Part shown: one piece after another, positions 60,179 through 64,000 of the stretch
Position numbering within the stretch: the first letter of the stretch is position 1
Layout of the letters: each line of letters starts with the position of its first letter
From: Actinomycetes bacterium
GTDB lineage: Bacteria; Actinomycetota; Acidimicrobiia; Acidimicrobiales; RAAP-2
NCBI GenBank assembly: GCA_021790675.1
Contig: JAJYGN010000063.1
Coordinates: 3,458 to 67,457 of the forward strand
Direction: 5' to 3'
DNA: 64,000 nt
Notes under the pieces: model-generated
What the model saw: only the letters and a program-made list of their open reading frames with translations
Told to the model about the DNA's origin: nothing
The model's database searches: none
Program-made: the position numbers and the translations under genes

Positions 60179-61838
60179 GAGACTGTTGAACAACGCCGAT
60201 TCTGGGCGTATGTTTCATGGTGCAAGTCCGGGACATGTCTGAACCAAAGCGCCGACGTGAAGAGGGTTGAAGTCGGCCACCCTGGTGGGCAGCGCCCGTG
60301 AAGTGGTCCCTTTCTTGACGGCCTGGACTTGCGCCGTCCCCTCACGTGGTGAGAAGCGTCCAGGTGCCGTCAAAGGCGAGCCCGAGATTGACCAGACGTC
60401 GCAGGTTGATGGCGGCGACCCGGGTCGAGAGGCCCATCTGGTTCTTTTCGACGCCGCGGTATCTGACGCGCCGTGAAGAGCCCCTCACGAGCCACGCGAG
60501 CGATCGTTCGACCATCGGACGATATTTTTGATAGTCCGAAATGAACTCTCTGTCGCACCAGGCCCGACGAGACTCGACGAGCTCTGCGTCATGAGCAGTG
60601 AGCGTGAGATGACGGCCGTTGCGAGCGTTCGTGCAGCGTGATCGCAGTGGGCAACTCGTGCAGCGCACCCCGAACGTCGCGTAGCGACGCGGGGTGATGG
60701 CGACGACGTGTCCAGCCGGACAGGTGGCCGTTCCCGCGTCCTCGTCGACGACGAAGTCGTCACGGTGGAATCCACCCGGCACCGCCGTGTTGGAAGGGAA
60801 GGGCTTGATCGCTCGGTGGTGGCCGGCCTCTTTCAGAGCCGCGAGGGTCTCGCCCGAGCCGTAGGCAGAGTCGGCGAGGATCTGGAGCCCGGGCCCTTCG
60901 CCCTCGAGCAGCGCCACCCCGGTCGGACCGTCGGGCGTGTTCGCCGGGGTGAGAGCCGCGCCGGTAATGAGTCCGGTCTCGGGCTCGACGGCCAGGTGGG
61001 CCTTGTAGCCGTCGCGGTAGTCGCTGCGACTCTTGTGCATGTGGCGGGCCTCGGGGTCGACCACGGAGATGACGCGGTCCTTCGCGACCCCGCGCACGAT
61101 GCGCCAGAGACCCTCGTCGTCGAGCTCGACGTCCTGGCCCGCGACGAGGCCCAGCAGTCCGAGCGCCGCGCCAGCCTCGGGGCCCTCGACCTCGGCGCAC
61201 GCGTCGAGGAGACGAAGCGCGTCAACGACCAACGCGTTCACGAGCTCGCCTCGCGCCACCTCGTCGTCCCAGCCAATTGCTGGCTTGCCCGCGGCGTCGT
61301 AGTCGAGGGCGAGGAGGGTGACGTTGCTCGCCGCGGGCACGATGCGGCGCACGCGCCGGATCGCCGCGACCAGTTGGGTGACGGTGTCCTGGGTCGCGAC
61401 GGCGTCATCGAGCAGTGTCGAGTCGAGCGCCCGGCGGGTCTTGCCCGTAAGAACCCCGGTGGCCTCGACCACCGCGCGCACCGCCTCGAAGATCGCTCGG
61501 GACGCTCGGAGTTGCGCAGGCGCGTTCGCCAGTAGGTGAGGACCGAATAGTCAAAGCCCGCCTCGTCGAGGGCCAGTCCGCAGGCCACCTTCCAGCTGAT
61601 CCGGTCGGTCAACGCCCGCGCGGCGTCGCGGTCCGAGAGACCTTCGAGGGCCTGGAGGACCATGACCGAGGCCACCGTGTCGGCAGGAATCGAAGGTCGG
61701 TCCCGCTTGGAAATGAACAGGTCTTCGAACATGGCGTCGGGGAACAGCTCGTGACGGTGGTCGGCCAAGAACGCCTCGACGCTCCCTTGGGGCACGAGTT
61801 GTCGGCAGAGTGCCGCCGCATCGAGCAGTTCACGGTTG
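60179..61838 (-). mobile_element. IS1182-family element, partial (5' end missing)
   Basis: Probable terminus GAGACTGTTGAACAA directly after CTAG (60175-60178); transposase follows; left end replaced by IS256. Confidence 0.8.
60342..61838 (-). pseudogene. IS1182-family transposase, frameshifted and 5'-truncated
   Basis: N-part (RPSIP, LQALEGLSDR, WKVACG) and C-part (LDST, DRVISVVDPEARH, GYKAH, ADSAYG, R..VER) are in different frames; one base missing near 61495 (PER/IFEAVR). Confidence 0.85.
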
Positions 61839-63230
61839 GATCACGTCCCGCCGAGTGGTGTAACTCCGATGGAGCACTTCTCGATGCGTGACCATCTTGT
61901 CATTTGACCTTGGTGAGGGCAACCTTCGCCGGAGGTAGTGCGTCACTCTTCAACTGATCCATGGACTCGTGGGAAAGGTAACGACGCTCTGAGACGCTCC
62001 ATTCGTCGTGCTGTTCGACACAGACCGCGGTGATGAGACGCAACGCCGCGGCGTCGTTGGGGAAGATCCCGACCACGTTGGTGCGTCGCTTGATCTCGGC
62101 GTTGAGGCGTTCGAGCGAGTTGGTCGACCAGATCTTCTGCCAGTGGTTCGTCGGGAAGTGGCGAAAGGCCGTGATGTCTTCGGCGGCGTCCTCGAGCATC
62201 TCGGTGACCAGTGGGAACTTGCGCTTCATGGTGGCCGCCACTTCTTTCACCTGTCGTTCGACGTGCTCGGCGTCGGGCTGGGCGAAGATCGTCCTCACCA
62301 TGGCGGCAACCATCGATTGCTGGGTCCGTGGCACCTTCACGAGCACGTTGCGCATGAAGTGCACCCGACAGCGCTGCCAGGAGGCCCCGGGAAAGACCTT
62401 CGCGATCGCTGCCTTGAGGCCCAGATGCGAATCGCTGATCACGAGCTGGACGCCATGCAGTCCGCGTTCGCGCAGGCTCTGCAGGAACTCGGTCCAAAAG
62501 GCCGCGTCCTCCGAGTCGCCAATGGACACGCCCAGCACCTCGCGACTGGCGTCCTCGGCCACACCGGTGGCGACCACGACGGCCCGGCTGACGACCCGTC
62601 CGCCCACGCGGGCCTTGACGTAGGTGGCGTCACAGAGCAGGTAGGGAAAGGCCAGGTGAGAGAGACTGCGAGTGCGAAAGGCGTTCATTTCCTCGTCGAG
62701 CTGCGCGCAAATTCGCGAGACCTCGGACTTGGAGATCCCCGCGCCCACGCCGAGTGCCATCACGAGGTCGTCGACCTTGCGCGTCGAGACCCCGTGCACG
62801 TAGGCCTCCATCACCACGGCGTAGAGGGCCTGGTCGATGCGTCGGCGCCGCTCGAGCACGCTCGGAAAGAACGAGCCCTTGCGCAGCTTGGGAATCTTCA
62901 GCTCCACGTCGCCGGCCTTGGTCGAGACCAGCCGCGGTCGCGATCCGTTGCGTTGGGTGGTGCGAGCCAGAGAACGCTCGTGGCGTTCGGCCTGGACGAC
63001 CTCGGTCGCCTCGGCGTCGATCAACGCCTGATAGAGGAAGCTGACCATCTGGCGAACGAGGTCGCCGCTCTCGTCGCTTTGAAGTGCGCCGAGCACCTCG
63101 GACAGGTCAAAATCATGGTGGGTCATCGGAGTATTCCTTTCGTGCCTTGCTATGGACACATCAAGAAATACTCCGGTGGCCCGTCTTCACGAAGGACCGG
63201 GTAAATTACACCACTTCAGGGGACGTCAAC
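61839..63230 (-). mobile_element. IS256-family element
   Basis: Imperfect terminal inverted repeats GATCACGTCCCGCCGAGTGGTGTAA / TTACACCACTTCAGGGGACGTCAAC flanking the transposase. Confidence 0.9.
61900..63159 (-). CDS. IS256-family (Mutator-like) transposase
   Basis: RNG, IPKLR, GVSTRKV, DATYVK, ISDSH, WQRCRVHF, STNSLERLN; true start may be MTHHDF at 63126. Confidence 0.95.
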   Translation of the reverse strand: MSIARHERNTPMTHHDFDLSEVLGALQSDESGDLVRQMVSFLYQALIDAEATEVVQAERHERSLARTTQRNGSRPRLVSTKAGDVELKIPKLRKGSFFPSVLERRRRIDQALYAVVMEAYVHGVSTRKVDDLVMALGVGAGISKSEVSRICAQLDEEMNAFRTRSLSHLAFPYLLCDATYVKARVGGRVVSRAVVVATGVAEDASREVLGVSIGDSEDAAFWTEFLQSLRERGLHGVQLVISDSHLGLKAAIAKVFPGASWQRCRVHFMRNVLVKVPRTQQSMVAAMVRTIFAQPDAEHVERQVKEVAATMKRKFPLVTEMLEDAAEDITAFRHFPTNHWQKIWSTNSLERLNAEIKRRTNVVGIFPNDAAALRLITAVCVEQHDEWSVSERRYLSHESMDQLKSDALPPAKVALTKVK

Positions 63231-63626
63231 ATGACCGATCCCGCGATCAGTAGTGCCACACCTGAGGCTTGCAGGCGAAGTCCGCCAGAAGCAAGATGAC
63301 GTATCCGGGATCGCGAAAGCTCATCGAGGCGCAGATGTTCAGCTACGGAAGCGGCATCGTGCGTGGTCATTGCTTGAAGACGTAGAGAACAGTTCATCAC
63401 CGATCGACTCGGAGCCGTTGTACGACCCATCGGCTCCTCGCCCGGGGCTGACCGGCGCGTAGCGCGCGGTCGGCCCATCGGGCCAAGTGTGTGATCCCCA
63501 GAATCCCCGACGTGAGTCCTGTCGAGAGGAATCTGCCGAGCTCTCACGAAACATTGTGTTCGAAAGAGGCCAGAAAACGTCCTATTCCTATGGGGGATGA
63601 ATGTCTCATCCCTCGTAAGGAGAGAC

Positions 63627-63938
63627 ATGAGACTGCCCATCGACACGACCACCGTGAAGTTTGCGGCCGCTGGACCCGCTGAACCCGTCCTCGACTACGA
63701 GACCAGGGCACCGAAGTTGGACGAGAACGGCGTCGCACTGTTCAACGTGCCGCTCTTCGCGGCTGGCACGGGAATCAAGGACTCGATCACCGTGAAGGTG
63801 GCGGGAGAGCCCAAGGGTCTCGCCGAGTTCACCCTCGTGAAGGTGACGAACCTGGTCGCGAGCACCTGGGAGGTTGGCACGAACCACGGGGTCAGTTTTC
63901 GTGCTGACCGCGTCGAGGCCGTGAAGGTCGGCGCGTAG
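63627..63938 (+). CDS. SCO3933/Pra-like protein of actinomycete integrative elements (AICE)
   Basis: AAGGAG RBS; MRLPIDT...P..D....K.D..G..L......I.VKVAGEP.......V....L.A..W.....GVSFRA..V pattern. Confidence 0.72.
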   Translation: MRLPIDTTTVKFAAAGPAEPVLDYETRAPKLDENGVALFNVPLFAAGTGIKDSITVKVAGEPKGLAEFTLVKVTNLVASTWEVGTNHGVSFRADRVEAVKVGA

Positions 63939-64000
63939 TGGGCCGGCTCCTCGTCTTCCTCGTCGTTGCCACTCTGGTTCAGTTCGTCCTCGCGTGGGCG
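63938..64000 (+). CDS. Start of a membrane protein, possibly FtsK/SpoIIIE-type Tra (truncated by window)
   Basis: TAGTG coupling; MGRLLVFLVVATLVQFVLAWA is hydrophobic; identity inferred only from AICE gene order. Confidence 0.35.
   Translation, partial: MGRLLVFLVVATLVQFVLAWA

Noticed and set aside
63547-63563. LexA box-like CGAAACATTGTGTTCGA
   Set aside because: Only the right half-site fits GAAC-N4-GTTC; the spacing is wrong

Overview
High-GC chromosomal window, most likely from an Actinomycetota genome of class Acidimicrobiia. That placement is inferred from the fused Kgd, the PafBC-type WYL protein, cofC, the frameshift-free prfB and pervasive TANNNT-6nt-start (leaderless-type) promoters. 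Most of it is housekeeping: B12-dependent metH and methylmalonyl-CoA mutase, accA/birA, secA-prfB-ftsEX, dxs, tldD/pmbA, an Opp transporter, kgd, xth, a UvrD helicase, murF and ddl. Five less ordinary features stand out. (1) A clear raiA-motif large ncRNA sits directly upstream of secA with no raiA/comF gene. (2) A fused PafB-PafC double-WYL regulator is followed by an intact but miniaturised MOB_F/TrwC HUH relaxase (no helicase). This converges on a membrane-anchorless VirD4-type coupling ATPase next to a histone-H1-like gene, with no integrase or T4SS nearby: a candidate domesticated DNA-processing or sensing module. (3) A similarly stripped trio encodes a sigma-like protein, a secreted protein and a membrane wHTH-BTAD protein. 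(4) A Regnase/NYN RNase-basic linker-S1 fusion is coupled between kgd and fabZ. (5) At the right end, a decapitated, frameshifted IS1182 abuts an intact IS256, followed by what looks like the first genes of an actinomycete integrative conjugative element (AICE). All family calls come from motif recognition by eye; no searches were run.
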